Positions 10,401 through 19,888 of a DNA stretch of 43,635 nt are shown here, piece by piece. Numbering within the stretch: the stretch's first letter is position 1; every line of letters starts with the position of its first letter. Position numbers and translations under genes: made by a program. The DNA comes from a virus (lineage: Duplodnaviria; Caudoviricetes), in the IMG/VR virus record IMGVR_UViG_3300047552_000156, positions 1 through 43,635 of that record, one strand, 5' to 3'. The notes beneath the pieces are model-generated. The model made no database searches. It was not told where the DNA came from and saw only the letters and a program-made list of their open reading frames with translations.

Positions 10401-11785
10401 TTCGCCTCGGCCAGTTTCGCCTCACGCGAAGTCATCTCATCCTGACGCAGACGCAAATCTTGCATCAGCCCCTGCAAGTGATCGGTCGGAGCGATGTGCG
10501 TTGCGAAGTCGGCCATCGGAATGACGACATCGCCACCCGTAGCCAGAGCCTCTTTGAAATTAGTAGCACCAGCCTCGTCAGCCGCAGCGATAGGATCAAT
10601 TCCGACCGACTGGAAATACTCTGAGAACTTATCGGCAGGAACGAACACGTTCTGCACAGGGCCGTCTTCGGTGTATTTGGCGACCAGTTCCTTGAAGCGA
10701 TCCGGCAGACGTTCGCGCAGCTTGGAGTTAGTCGAGCCTTCAGCCAGCGTTTTAAAGAATGCCTCGTTCTGAGCCTGCACGTCGCCGCCCATAACGCGAC
10801 TCAATCCCTGCGTTACTGACACCTGACCGCCAGCACTGACCATCGTTGCGATCAGCGTCTGAGCAGCCGCAGACGGGCGCTCTTTCAGGTACTCAGAGAA
10901 CGGCTTGTCCTGATTCAGCGTCGCCCACTCGTTCAAGTCCTGAAGCACGGTGGCGGCTTGTTCGCTTGGAATCTCGGCCAGCATCTGATTGCGTAGCATC
11001 TTGCCGAAGCCTGTCTTCAGGCCAACGTCGCGGATCAGCTTAATCGCCGGAATCATTTCGGTGGCGTATTCGACAGTCGCTTGAGAAGCCGCAAAGCCGA
11101 GCGCCTGCGGAACATTCACACCCTTGTCACGCGCCTGACCGTATGCCTCGCCGCCAGTCGATGCCGTCATCCCGTAGAGCATCGGAGCCGCACCACCGGA
11201 AGCCAGCGTCATCGGCAGCATCAGCAAGTTCTGGCCGAGCGAGCCGACGCCGGAATAGATTGACTTCTCGACAAAGCCAGCGCCAGCCTGTGCGCCGCGA
11301 ATACGCTTCGCATCAGCGGCAGCGCCTTTCTGGTACTTCGCAGCAAACTCTGAAATATGGTCGCCAACCACATCAGGCAGAACGTCGCCAACAGCACGGC
11401 CAATGCCCCACAGGTTTGAACTCATCTGCACCGGAGCAGCAGCAAGTTCGCGCCCAACGTTAGCGCCGAAATTCAGCGTTCGCTCCATCGCTGACAGATT
11501 ATCGAAGTCATCGTGCGCGACACCGGAATTCTTCGGATCGGCCATCCATGCAGACAGCTTTGGAGACTCCTTGATTGCCTTCTCGTAGTCAAACGATTGC
11601 AGCCGGTCATGCAGTTCGACTTCAGGCTGCTTCAGACGTACAGCATCAAGCGGCACGCCAGTGCGCTGCGACAGTGCTTGCAGCTTTGCTTCTACGTCTG
11701 GTTGTTGCCGAGCGCCTACATAAACGGATTGGCGCAAATCATTGGTTTTGTCTTGAGCGATCAGGTCACTGTATTCGTTCGGCAT
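4460..11785 (-). CDS. Large polyvalent ejection/internal virion protein with two ART-like modules and an HExxH module
   Basis: About 2441 aa in the last ejection-protein position; VVYHGT...IMPLYARIEKP...YAVFSPDQLKS; FHGSPYRF...GWGLYFA...NYVIFDD; TFLHESGH; start set to ATG 11785 from the AAGG RBS. Confidence 0.85.
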   Translation of the reverse strand: MPNEYSDLIAQDKTNDLRQSVYVGARQQPDVEAKLQALSQRTGVPLDAVRLKQPEVELHDRLQSFDYEKAIKESPKLSAWMADPKNSGVAHDDFDNLSAMERTLNFGANVGRELAAAPVQMSSNLWGIGRAVGDVLPDVVGDHISEFAAKYQKGAAADAKRIRGAQAGAGFVEKSIYSGVGSLGQNLLMLPMTLASGGAAPMLYGMTASTGGEAYGQARDKGVNVPQALGFAASQATVEYATEMIPAIKLIRDVGLKTGFGKMLRNQMLAEIPSEQAATVLQDLNEWATLNQDKPFSEYLKERPSAAAQTLIATMVSAGGQVSVTQGLSRVMGGDVQAQNEAFFKTLAEGSTNSKLRERLPDRFKELVAKYTEDGPVQNVFVPADKFSEYFQSVGIDPIAAADEAGATNFKEALATGGDVVIPMADFATHIAPTDHLQGLMQDLRLRQDEMTSREAKLAEANRDETDKALAEEIKKLNEMAGQDAGLDTAIQRIVSDVEGQLSSRYDTNTARQMATVMRGMAILATRANPTADPVQAAQALWSKYGLNIRANPLPDVLTKAPDFDAAIDPLLDRLRKGDLPKQQEMFGKSLVEWLREQGGVKDQGGELAARDAVLWDRSERKGGERRLVSENGLDFDAARELAAQFGYDVGATEADFIDALDREIGGSPVFAAGQGDDSLRRIADTLDGLGKVLSEIGVDLSAMDNAAVKQLLRGGDTEFEQPFDGGEVAKTSLADGVTEIEVDGVMRPALNSNGKPIHWSEEGVRNFWRWFGDSVMTVSGKAGDVPLVVYHGTYKNFDTFKDDTAIMITPSPKYADSFTMTGVATGGNIMPLYARIEKPHYTEDQNDAEGLPYWMTGEELRAGDFDGLIYSKKGNILKGASGWGDDIPQYAVFSPDQLKSTTGNSGAFGKDTGNILFQSAFHGSPYRFSKFSLEHMGKGEGAQAYGWGLYFAGSKDVAEYYRKTLGANQYSYDGKALEDGTPEATAAEFLFGTQGDVEIAIEDIDSTGLMSHTKQAVKKAIRQLDYAKIKQGGQLYEVNIPEDDTMLLWDKPLSEQPESVQKALGINAEAASRYNEITERMNALSWEKGGLDSPEWNALLKEAKALRTENGFHKSGEDLYDELKKSQGSDEATSKYLNSLGISGIKYLDGTSRNAGDGSYNYVIFDDAAIDILNTYYQDKRGSIQFGSDRKFQINLFEKADLSTFLHESGHFYLEVLGDLADDQNASQEVKDDYARILQFLGVQNRSEIQTEHHEKFARANEAYLMEGKAPAPELRGVFQRFRSWLKVIYGQLTKLNVELSDEVRGVFDRIYATDAEIQQASQQAKIEHLFLDAATAGMTEAEFQAYSDTVANATTEAKEELQTKLMRVEKLKRERWWRDERNAMAEAVAAEYDALPAAKTFDALSAGDSELKLNRKALTERYGQDILKRLPRGYGDGKGAVYTDDGADLDSVAEVQGYQSADDMISALVNLPNRKRYIAAESDRRMMEKHGDLLNDVALADEAMLALHNEKREQVLRIELRQMRKMWKAAEPALKLERAKQNQERRDAVDVARMPAPEQLRQIAAGIIGQKQVRDINPNAYLLAERKAAKAAFEAMAKRDLQTATVEKQKELLNHYLYREAVAAKKDADSIVKYLKGFESDKTRGKLGKAGDQYLAQIDGFLERYELKTQTNRTLSRRDSLSAWLAEQEAQGNAVNVPESVIDDSKKVNYRTVPIDELRAVRDAVKNIAHLANLKTKLVRKGKLVEFQTVVDELLGSVDAASFNSTGDFGKTNTKADGILTKAAGAWRKFDAAHMKVEQVVEWLDGGKIDGPWARYFFDLADDAQTQEYDLHRMVTTQIQKLAEHLDKKTLFDRTTVSLAGFNQPMTRYDLISIAMNMGNAQNMQRLMDGYGWSQADIQRVRDSLSKSDWQFVQGTWDAIDQLWPHMAALEKRASGLEPERVVPVEFEAHGETFRGGYFPLVYDPRRSNAGEKQADADESVQNFVAQGYGRAATNRGATKKRAEQFSAPVLLDYEHVITAHMAKVIKDISHREAIIGLNKILTQGQIKEALIDKLGEAQYTEFRKWMQVLVNDRSDSLTEATGAAKWMMKFRTNTAIVTMGFKISTMMSQIAGIGPTLDLVGARNFGNALTQFAKAPAETWQMVTEKSGEMRNRSNTLERDVRDALLRMRGEGGLLADVRRHAFILTAMADRAVAAPTWLAGYQQALQQGRDEETAIRAGDRAVRLSQGAGGSKDLAAVQRNSELMRLLTMYYTPFSVLYARLRDVGHQTATEGIGYLPAAAARLIALVIIPAVLGDILAGRGPDDDEDEAWWAIRKILLYPVATLPVIRDFAGYMEAGIIAASGEGQMKFPPSYKLSPIVGAIDKSIRTVGNVVAGNDNKTGSEIAWDAFEASGYWLGLPTAQARISGEYITDLISGNADPENAPQLLHDALFRREKK

Positions 11786-11793
11786 GTTCAACC

Positions 11794-14010
11794 TTATTGA
11801 GGAATCTGTTTCACAAGAGGGCTATTCTGTTGCTGTGCTAAAACCGGCTTCTTGTTCAACTTGTTCCGGTAAGCCCGAAGCACGTTGTAGTCATTGACCG
11901 GCATTCCAGCCTCTTGCAGTGCAGCCTGAATTTTAACCTTTTCCTGCGGAGGAATCTGAACGAGGAATGCTTTTTCATTGCTATCCCACAGCACGCCCTT
12001 CGATGTCACTTCCTGCACCAACAGATCAGCGGCAAGTTCCTTCTTGCGCTCCTGCGTCAGTGCTTTCTTGCCAGTCGCGGCCAGTTCCTGATCTATCGCC
12101 TGCTGCAACAGCGAGTAAAACTGCGCTTCCTTCTTGTCGTCAGTGACGCCTGCGCTCTTGAGCATCGAGCCGACCAGCGCCTTGTCGCCAAGGATATTGT
12201 CTTCGGCTTGCGGCGTTGTCCTGAGATGCTGCTGGAGTTTCTGCAACTGCGCCAGTTCTTTTGAATTGAACTTGCTAGCCAGAGAATCAAGATTCGTCGC
12301 GGCCAGCGTCTTCGGATCATTCAGCAGGTCGTTGTATGCCTGCCAGTCCGTATCACGATTGCCGCCAGTCGCTTCCTGACCAGCAAAGCGATTCAACTCT
12401 GCCGCCTTCTCAGGCCCGACTCGCTGTACCAGCGCAGGATTGTCTCTAAGCAGCGCCTGATAGTCGCCGCCATTCTTTCGCAAAATATCAAACCCTGCGG
12501 CCATGTCGTTACCAACCGACCGCTTAAAATCGCGTTCCTTGTCAGATGCCTGCTTCTCGACGTTATTCTCAACATTCAGCCGTTGCTGTGCGTCGAGTTT
12601 CTGGCCGAGCCGTTCCTCTGCGATGGCAACCGCCTGTGCCTTCAGTGCTGGAATATCCAGCGATGATTCAGCAGACAACGGAGCCGCGCCGACTACAGAC
12701 GCCGCAGACTCAATCGCAATGCCTGCCGTCTTCGATGCCTGCTGCTGCTTGAACTGGCTGTCATAGTGAGCCTGAACACGCTGCTGCTGCTCAAACGGAA
12801 GCGCATCAAACGCTGGCCCGATGATCTCGGACAGGCTGACTTGCTGCGATGGCTTTTCCTTTGCGACGTAGCCACCGGCCTGCCCTGCCTTGCCAACACG
12901 CGCCAGCACCTGATCGACGTACTCGCCAACGGTAGGATCATTCGGTCGCTGCTTATTGCGCCACTGCTTGTTAATCGAGCCGTCAGCATTAACAGCGCCT
13001 TCGCCACCGTAATACGCGGCAGCAACCTTCTCAGCGTTGCCGTCGTATTTCTTGTAGAGATAATCAACCCACTTGAAGCCAGCCTCTTTGTTCTGCGCCG
13101 GATTCTTCCAGTCATAGTCGGCAGGAATCAGCCCCTGCTTCTTCATGCCGTTGAACGTGGCCTCCTGCATCTGCATCGGGCCGGTGACGTTCTGCGAATT
13201 CACCTTCGACGTGTCAGCCTTGCCGCCGCCTGACTCCTGCCCGTAGATCGCATTCGCCAACTGCGTCGAGCCGTAAGCACCCGAAGCCGGAGCGCCACCC
13301 ACAGGAACAGCCTTCGCATGTTCCTCGGCAATGCGAACGGATGTCGCATAGGCAAGCTGCTGCTTGATCGCATCCTTCGCCTTCGCTTTGACATCGACGC
13401 GCAGTGACGGATCGGAGTCGATAACGTCAGTCAGCCGCTTCAGTTCTGCGTTGTACGCTTCAGTGCTTGGATTCTTGCTCAGATTATTGACGGTCGCCTG
13501 AACGTCAGTATTGATCGACTCCAGCTTGTAGCGTGCGCCTTCCTGAATCTCAGCGACCTGTGCGTTCTGAACCAGATTCGACTGGCGCAGACGCATGTGG
13601 CGTTCGTACTCTTGACGGTAAAACTCCGGCTTATCCTTCACCGCCTTGCTGATGAACTCGTCTGTCGCGTCGACAATCGTTTTCATAAAGCCTTTGCCGC
13701 CAGCAGGCATTGCCTGATTGTGCTGGTCATACAGCACGCCAAGACTTCCAGCATCCTGCGCGTAAGCTGTGTTCGCGGCCAGCCGCTGACTCTGCTTCTC
13801 CTGCTCGATCTCGTAATCAGCAATACGCCCCATCTGAGCGCCGATGTTCTGCAATGCCTGACCAGAGCCGTCAGCGATCTGCACGTTCGCAGCGCGAGAG
13901 TTAATCATGCCGCTTGCCGCAGTGCGCTGCTGATACTGAGGAATCTTGACGCCGCGAGTGTTCGCAGACGGAGCGCCACCACGCTCAAGGGAGAAGTCGT
14001 CGATTGCCAT
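11794..14010 (-). CDS. Ejection/internal virion protein with lytic transglycosylase (SLT-like) domain
   Basis: QESGG...GPMQM...AAAYYGG motifs inside a helical 738-aa protein. Confidence 0.8.
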   Translation of the reverse strand: MAIDDFSLERGGAPSANTRGVKIPQYQQRTAASGMINSRAANVQIADGSGQALQNIGAQMGRIADYEIEQEKQSQRLAANTAYAQDAGSLGVLYDQHNQAMPAGGKGFMKTIVDATDEFISKAVKDKPEFYRQEYERHMRLRQSNLVQNAQVAEIQEGARYKLESINTDVQATVNNLSKNPSTEAYNAELKRLTDVIDSDPSLRVDVKAKAKDAIKQQLAYATSVRIAEEHAKAVPVGGAPASGAYGSTQLANAIYGQESGGGKADTSKVNSQNVTGPMQMQEATFNGMKKQGLIPADYDWKNPAQNKEAGFKWVDYLYKKYDGNAEKVAAAYYGGEGAVNADGSINKQWRNKQRPNDPTVGEYVDQVLARVGKAGQAGGYVAKEKPSQQVSLSEIIGPAFDALPFEQQQRVQAHYDSQFKQQQASKTAGIAIESAASVVGAAPLSAESSLDIPALKAQAVAIAEERLGQKLDAQQRLNVENNVEKQASDKERDFKRSVGNDMAAGFDILRKNGGDYQALLRDNPALVQRVGPEKAAELNRFAGQEATGGNRDTDWQAYNDLLNDPKTLAATNLDSLASKFNSKELAQLQKLQQHLRTTPQAEDNILGDKALVGSMLKSAGVTDDKKEAQFYSLLQQAIDQELAATGKKALTQERKKELAADLLVQEVTSKGVLWDSNEKAFLVQIPPQEKVKIQAALQEAGMPVNDYNVLRAYRNKLNKKPVLAQQQNSPLVKQIPQ

Positions 14011-14012
14011 TA

Positions 14013-14516
14013 CTAGCCTTTCTTAGCGAGTAGCTGATTCTGCTGATACCGAGACACGCCACCCAACACGGCAGCACCAGCGTTCAGGTAACTCGATGTC
14101 ACAGCAGCCTTGCCATTCATCTGAGCAACACTTCCTGCATATCGCTCCTGCGCCGCCTGCCCCATAAGGCCACGCGCCTGCATCTCGCCATCGTATCGCG
14201 TGTTCAGCGCGTCCATCTCTGAGAACAGTGCCGACTGGTCATAGACATCGAGCAGCGAGCCGGTCATGCCAAGACCAGACTGCGACATACCTGCACGCGC
14301 CCTGCCCTGCTCGATGCGTGTATTGCGCCGGATCGTTTCTTCCTTCGCGTTCGCCTGCTCGCGGACGGATCGAGCGTTATTCTCAGCGACCTGCGCGTTG
14401 TAGTTCGCAGCGTTCTGCTGTGCCTGTGCGTTGGCAGATGCCGCCTGCCCCTGCTGGATAGCGCCAACTGTACTCATGGCAGTCGATGCAATAGTTAGCA
14501 GCGTCATCGGTTCCAT
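14013..14516 (-). CDS. Internal virion protein (T7 gp14-like position)
   Basis: Ala/Gln-rich helical protein with hydrophobic N-terminus; conserved gene order. Confidence 0.7.
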   Translation of the reverse strand: MEPMTLLTIASTAMSTVGAIQQGQAASANAQAQQNAANYNAQVAENNARSVREQANAKEETIRRNTRIEQGRARAGMSQSGLGMTGSLLDVYDQSALFSEMDALNTRYDGEMQARGLMGQAAQERYAGSVAQMNGKAAVTSSYLNAGAAVLGGVSRYQQNQLLAKKG

Positions 14517-14941
14517 TATCTAATCCTCGCATACAAATCCGAGTCACGACCATCCGGCGTGTATGCCTTCATCGTGCCTTCGTAGGTAAATCCCAACATC
14601 TCAATCCAGCGATGCGCTTCAACAAATCCTACATCCACAGCCGCCTCGATGCGCCTATCCTCAAGCGTCGCCAGTTTCGCAACGACTGCACGATGAATCG
14701 CAACGAAATGCCTGCCAGCATCCGGAGACAGCAGCGCCCAAATGTGCGCCCTATTTTCCCAAATGCGCCAGATACCAGCGCAACCAATCACCTGCCCATT
14801 GTGGATACCTGTGAAACTATCGCCCATCTGTTCCAACTGCTGCCCATACTCCGGCTTCGACAATTCGCTCGATGCGTATGACTGCGCTGATTGCAGCGAC
14901 AGGTAGCGCAAGTGCTTGGCTTCAAACGGCACGATTTCCAC
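14516..14941 (-). CDS. GNAT-fold protein (T7 gp13-like position)
   Basis: VIGCAG, RRIEAAV, HRWIEMLGFTYEG motifs; follows tail tube B. Confidence 0.75.
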   Translation of the reverse strand: MEIVPFEAKHLRYLSLQSAQSYASSELSKPEYGQQLEQMGDSFTGIHNGQVIGCAGIWRIWENRAHIWALLSPDAGRHFVAIHRAVVAKLATLEDRRIEAAVDVGFVEAHRWIEMLGFTYEGTMKAYTPDGRDSDLYARIR

Positions 14942-14945
14942 GGTA

Positions 14946-17144
14946 TCAATCCATCGTATTAACTACCGGCATTATAGCAACCACAGTGATCGGAAGCGGC
15001 TGATCTTGCTTGATAACCATGCGCCCTTCGGTTTCGTAGCCACTCGGCCACGGCAACCGCTTGTCGCCAGTGAATAGCGGAGGCGCGGAACCCATCAGAT
15101 CGGAGCCGCGACGGAATGTTACGCGGTCGAGTTTATCCTCGGCAGGGCCAGCCAGTGCGTTCAGCGTGTTCAGGAAACGGATCGTCACCTGCGAGATGCG
15201 CTTCGTCTTGCCCTGTGCAGCACCGTTCTGAGCGCCGCCCTCGATACGCATAGTCTCCATCACCGGAGAATACCGCAGGCCAATCTGCGCTTTCGTCACA
15301 GCACGCTGCAACGTGATCGAGCCGCCAGAAACAACGCAATCCGGATGCGCCGCGCCGTTCGCCAGCACGCCAACCGTCATGCCTTCCAGATAACCTAATC
15401 CGGAGATCGTCAGCGCAGATGCGCCGGAGTAAGTCGCGCCTGCGTCCATATACAGCAAGTCGGCAACGTCATCGCCTTCCTCGTATCGCTCTGTCATGTA
15501 TTCAACGTAACGCTTCGTCACGCCGTCAATAGTTCGACGCACAATCATCCATACGTCATCACGGCCTGCGTCTGGTGACGGAATCGAACAGACGCATTCG
15601 ACAATCCCATCACCTCCAATCGTATGACGCGACCAGCCGATCACGTCTTGCTCACGATTGAACGTGAAGCCGAGCAGCGTTCCATCAGTGCGAGCAGCCC
15701 AGACCACAGAATCCGGCTCCTGCGCGTAATCCCATGACACGATGCCGCCCTGCGTAATGTGGTCAGCGAGTACCGTAACGTCTGTCGAGACATACGCATC
15801 AGCCTCAAACGAGTATTTGATTTCGCGCACCTTGCGGCCAGCACGCTGGATGAACAGAACTGACTCACCGATACGCAAGCCCTGCACGCCACGCGAGCCG
15901 TAGTTGCCCTGCGGTGAAGCCTTGACGTTATCAGGGCCGAACGGATCGCCGGATGACATCTCGTTCAGCAGGAACTCAGTGCCGGTCGTGCCAACGATTA
16001 GGCCAGAGGATGCCGCCAGCCATGTCGTGTTATTCACTTTGTTGCTGACTAGCTGCACATCGACAGCCATATCAGCCGTCACTGTGTCGCCGTCCTTCGA
16101 CGAGAAATTCTCATAGTCGCCTGACACGCTCATCCACAGGCGATTGCCGCGTGCGAACGTCAGGCGCTCGCGGAAGAATGTAACGTGCGTCGGATAGCCG
16201 TCGCGCACATTCCAAGCAGCTTTTGCCCACTTGTATGTCGCATTGCCAGAGCCAACGCACGAACTCGGAAGTTCCTTGATTACAGTGCAAGTCGCAGCGG
16301 TCGCGGAAGTGTAACCAGTGATCTGCACCCAACCATAGCCGGAGTGCCGATACGCCCACGTCACAGCGCCGTCTGAACGGCTGCCCTCAGTGTGCGTCGG
16401 CTTGATGCCTGCTGTCGTCGCAGCGTTCGTCGCCTGATAGATATTGCCATCAGAACGGCGATAGTCATTCAGCGCCACAGCCTTGCCAGCCTCCCATGGC
16501 GTGTAAGCCACGGACGGAGCGCCTTCAAGATAGAAGTATTCGCCAACCATGTCAGCAGTGAATGTCGCCACCGAAGCCGTCAGCGTTACGCCTGTGCCGG
16601 TCGAGGCGCTGGCATACACCGTGTTCGCCTGCGTCGTGTTGATGTCCTGAAACGGAGGCGGCGCGAAATCAACGGTCGCCAGCGTCCAGCTTGTCGTGTT
16701 CGTGCGAGACAGCTTGCGAACTGCGTAGTAAGGATGCGCCAGATAAACCACGTCGGCAGACTGAACATATGTCAGCGCAAACGAGCCATCGGAAGCCGTA
16801 AGGTCAGCGAGCGCATACGGCGATACGATTTCATACGCAGACGGCCCTGACAGAACCTGCCCACGGTTCGTATAAAACCGAATGTAGCCATCTCCAAACT
16901 CAAGAATCCAGCCGTCAGTCGCGGAAAACACGAACGGAACCAGCCACGTCCGGTCAGCGGAGTCCTTCACTTCTGACACATACCGAGTGCCAGCGCGAGC
17001 CGTGATCGGCCCCTGCACAGTCGGCAGGAAATTCTCGCACTTCTTCAGGCCGACGCCGTACTTGCCAACGTCGATGCGCCCCTCAAGCATAGGCGACAAT
17101 TCGCCTGCGTTGAGATTCGTTTGCATGGTTGCGGCGCGTGCCAT
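14946..17144 (-). CDS. Tail tubular protein B / nozzle
   Basis: NLNAGELSP N-terminus, LEFGDGYIRF, QSADVVYL, YPTHVTFFRERL; 732 aa. Confidence 0.88.
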   Translation of the reverse strand: MARAATMQTNLNAGELSPMLEGRIDVGKYGVGLKKCENFLPTVQGPITARAGTRYVSEVKDSADRTWLVPFVFSATDGWILEFGDGYIRFYTNRGQVLSGPSAYEIVSPYALADLTASDGSFALTYVQSADVVYLAHPYYAVRKLSRTNTTSWTLATVDFAPPPFQDINTTQANTVYASASTGTGVTLTASVATFTADMVGEYFYLEGAPSVAYTPWEAGKAVALNDYRRSDGNIYQATNAATTAGIKPTHTEGSRSDGAVTWAYRHSGYGWVQITGYTSATAATCTVIKELPSSCVGSGNATYKWAKAAWNVRDGYPTHVTFFRERLTFARGNRLWMSVSGDYENFSSKDGDTVTADMAVDVQLVSNKVNNTTWLAASSGLIVGTTGTEFLLNEMSSGDPFGPDNVKASPQGNYGSRGVQGLRIGESVLFIQRAGRKVREIKYSFEADAYVSTDVTVLADHITQGGIVSWDYAQEPDSVVWAARTDGTLLGFTFNREQDVIGWSRHTIGGDGIVECVCSIPSPDAGRDDVWMIVRRTIDGVTKRYVEYMTERYEEGDDVADLLYMDAGATYSGASALTISGLGYLEGMTVGVLANGAAHPDCVVSGGSITLQRAVTKAQIGLRYSPVMETMRIEGGAQNGAAQGKTKRISQVTIRFLNTLNALAGPAEDKLDRVTFRRGSDLMGSAPPLFTGDKRLPWPSGYETEGRMVIKQDQPLPITVVAIMPVVNTMD

Positions 17145-17145
17145 A

Positions 17146-17745
17146 TCAGAGTCTCCCTGTCACCCACTCGCCATCCAACATCCACTCGGCAGGCTGCTCA
17201 ATCGCATCAGATCGCAGCGCCTCCATGACAGATCGTTCGTACAGCTTCCATGCAGTCTGCACCTTGCCTGATGACTCTGTGATTTCCTCGGCAGTCTCAG
17301 CAGCCAGTCGGCACGCGAACGCCTCAGAGAACGCAGCATCGTACAAATTAGGATCGGACACCTGCGACACATAGCGGATATACAGCGGCGCTTCAGCATC
17401 AGACATCAGCACGCCGCCCTCAACCTGCCACAGCGGAGCCGGAGTCGTGCGATAGTCCTGCACGTTTGAACTGGAATACAGGTCGCGGATTTCGATCAGC
17501 TTCAGGAAATCGACAGGCAGCGCGTACTGGTACGAGAAGCCCCACACCGTAGCCGATGACAGCGCGGCCAGTTCAGCGCGGCGAATTGAGAAGTTCCAGT
17601 TATGCGCTCTAAGTTCAGCGGCCAGAACGAAGTCGTATGCAGACTTCATGGCACGCGCTGATTTAACGTCATCGTCCAGCGACGTGATACGTTCAGCCCC
17701 TAACTTGGAAAGCGCCCGATTACAAATTTGGATTTTAGAGGCCAT
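17146..17745 (-). CDS. Tail tubular protein A / head-tail adaptor
   Basis: ICNRALSKLG, HNWNF, YQYALPVDFL motifs. Confidence 0.88.
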   Translation of the reverse strand: MASKIQICNRALSKLGAERITSLDDDVKSARAMKSAYDFVLAAELRAHNWNFSIRRAELAALSSATVWGFSYQYALPVDFLKLIEIRDLYSSSNVQDYRTTPAPLWQVEGGVLMSDAEAPLYIRYVSQVSDPNLYDAAFSEAFACRLAAETAEEITESSGKVQTAWKLYERSVMEALRSDAIEQPAEWMLDGEWVTGRL

Positions 17746-17771
17746 ATCACACCGTCAGATTGATTTTTCGC

Positions 17772-17780
17772 ATCATACCA
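17772..17780 (-). promoter_or_regulatory. Putative extended -10 promoter for the tail genes
   Basis: TGgTATGAT on the minus strand, 26 nt before the ATG at 17745. Confidence 0.45.
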
Positions 17781-18971
17781 TTAACGGCGGCGCATAAGAA
17801 CCGCGTTACCGCCACCTGAAAATGTTCCAGTATATTCTGTTCCGGTCGGCCCGTAAGTGACTCCCAGCTTGACATCAGAAGGGCTTGGATAGCCTCCAGC
17901 AATCACGACCGAACCAACGCCATAAACAGAAGCCACGCCATTCGACACGCCGCCAGAAGCGAATATCGCTCTCGCTGTCGCAGAGGCCGCGCCACTTCCC
18001 GTAATGAATCCGGATGCAGCGAATATCGAGACTGCGCTCGCTGACGCGATGGCGCTCCCTGCTGACGTTCCTGACGATGTTATGAACCATGCGCCACCAG
18101 CAGAAGCTGATGCCTGCCCACTGGATGCTCCAGACGATGTTATTAAAACAGCACCCGCGCCAGAAGATGATGCTGCACCAGCCGATGCGCCTGCGCTTGA
18201 AAAAATTCCGACGCCAGAAGCAGAAGCGTAGGCAGACCCTGACGAAGCGCCAGTGCCGGAAGCGATAGTCGTTCCAATAACCGAGTCGCCAACAGCAGAA
18301 GCAGTAGCTAAGCCAGCCGAAGAACCGACCGAAGCGATAACAGCGGAGCCAGATGCAGAGGCAGACGAAATTCCGCTAGAAGCGCCTGACGACTCTGACA
18401 GGCAAACACCTGTCGCTGATGCACTTGATGTTCCTGAAGAAGCGCCGCTACCAGAAACTACTGATGAAGATGTGCTTGCTCCATTGGCCGCTGACGTACC
18501 TGATGACGAGCCAGCAGCAGCCGCAATAGAAATTGCCGAAGCAGCAGCCGAACCAACGCCAGCCGACGAGCCGACCGAAGAAAATAAGGCAACGCCAGTT
18601 GCAGAAGCAGCGCCCTGACCACTCGATGTCGCAACAGAATTGGAAACATTGACACCAGTTCCAGAGGCGCTAGCAACACCGGCTGACGATCCGGACGATG
18701 TGGATATTCCAACGCCGGATGCTGAAGCGCTCGCTACACCAGCCGACGAACCAGCGCCAGATACAACAGTCGATCCAGTTGCAGCTTGTCCTACAGCGGA
18801 AACGCTTGCGATACCAGCCGACGTTCCTGACGATGTAGCTAACTTAACGCCAACCGCTGATGCGCTAGCAATGCCAGCAGACGTTCCTGCGCCAGAAACA
18901 ACCGACGGCCCACCTGACGCTATCGGCAGACCTGCAATCGGAGTTCCTGCAATCGGGGAGAAGCCTAGCAT
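17781..18971 (-). CDS. Ser/Ala/Gly-rich repetitive fibre-like protein
   Basis: Many approx. 20-aa SG.SAG.ASASA.G repeats; distinct N-terminal MLGFSPIAGTPIA peptide. Confidence 0.7.
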   Translation of the reverse strand: MLGFSPIAGTPIAGLPIASGGPSVVSGAGTSAGIASASAVGVKLATSSGTSAGIASVSAVGQAATGSTVVSGAGSSAGVASASASGVGISTSSGSSAGVASASGTGVNVSNSVATSSGQGAASATGVALFSSVGSSAGVGSAAASAISIAAAAGSSSGTSAANGASTSSSVVSGSGASSGTSSASATGVCLSESSGASSGISSASASGSAVIASVGSSAGLATASAVGDSVIGTTIASGTGASSGSAYASASGVGIFSSAGASAGAASSSGAGAVLITSSGASSGQASASAGGAWFITSSGTSAGSAIASASAVSIFAASGFITGSGAASATARAIFASGGVSNGVASVYGVGSVVIAGGYPSPSDVKLGVTYGPTGTEYTGTFSGGGNAVLMRRR

Positions 18972-18975
18972 TTAG

Positions 18976-19884
18976 TCACCAGCAAGTAATGATGCAACAC
19001 GACGGGCCACCGAGTCCTGCGGTTCCGGAAGTCGATCCAGTCAAAGCCCCGCCAGAACCACCGCCACCACAACCGATAGCGCCTTTTCCACCAGATGACT
19101 GAACAAGACCTGCGCCAGTTGCAGAGCCATGAGTCGATCCACCGCCCGTTCCGCCATAGAAATACGTTAGACCTTGAACAGGAATAAATCCGTCACTTCC
19201 GTTTCTTGGTGGCGTTGTAGCAGTAGAGCCGCCAGTTGATTGAGTTACAGTGGGTAGAGCGCCTGCGCCTGTTATTGCTCCACCCTGCGTTCCAACACCA
19301 GCCGCCGCAGGAAGTCCACCACCTCCAGTTCCGCCAGTAACAATCAACCCAGTTGTCGGAATAGAGAACGCACCTGCTGCGCCAGTTCCTCCACCAGCCC
19401 CACCGTTTTGACCTGAAATAGTATTAACTAACCATTGCCAACCGCGAGGCATAAAGCCTGCATTTACTGCAAGACCAGCAGTACCAGCAGCGCCAGCAGT
19501 CGCCCCGCTTGCATTGCCTCCATTCCCGCCTTTTGCTGCATAAACCAATCTATTCTCAGAAGAATCAGTGCCAGATGGAATGTTGATATAAGAATCGCCA
19601 ACGATTGACAAATTAATGTCAAGCGTATCTGGTATTACAGACAACGGAATACGCACCGACGTTACGCCACCAGACGCTCCACCGCCACCTCCACCCGCCA
19701 AACTGTTAGCACCGATGACACCATTTCCACCATTTCCACCAGCGCCTATTAGAACGATGTAAGCCATCGACTTGCCGCGAGGCTTTACCCATTTAAATAG
19801 ATTGGTTGTCGTTCTATCAGTAGCCACAAACGTCTGAACATCAGCGTTCGGATACATCGACGGAATATGCGAGATGTCTAGCAT
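18976..19884 (-). CDS. Glycine-rich fibre-like protein, paralog 2
   Basis: WVKPRGK...IGAGGNGG...GGGGSGG...IITCW; colinear with 19889-20845. Confidence 0.75.
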   Translation of the reverse strand: MLDISHIPSMYPNADVQTFVATDRTTTNLFKWVKPRGKSMAYIVLIGAGGNGGNGVIGANSLAGGGGGGASGGVTSVRIPLSVIPDTLDINLSIVGDSYINIPSGTDSSENRLVYAAKGGNGGNASGATAGAAGTAGLAVNAGFMPRGWQWLVNTISGQNGGAGGGTGAAGAFSIPTTGLIVTGGTGGGGLPAAAGVGTQGGAITGAGALPTVTQSTGGSTATTPPRNGSDGFIPVQGLTYFYGGTGGGSTHGSATGAGLVQSSGGKGAIGCGGGGSGGALTGSTSGTAGLGGPSCCIITCW

Positions 19885-19888
19885 TCAA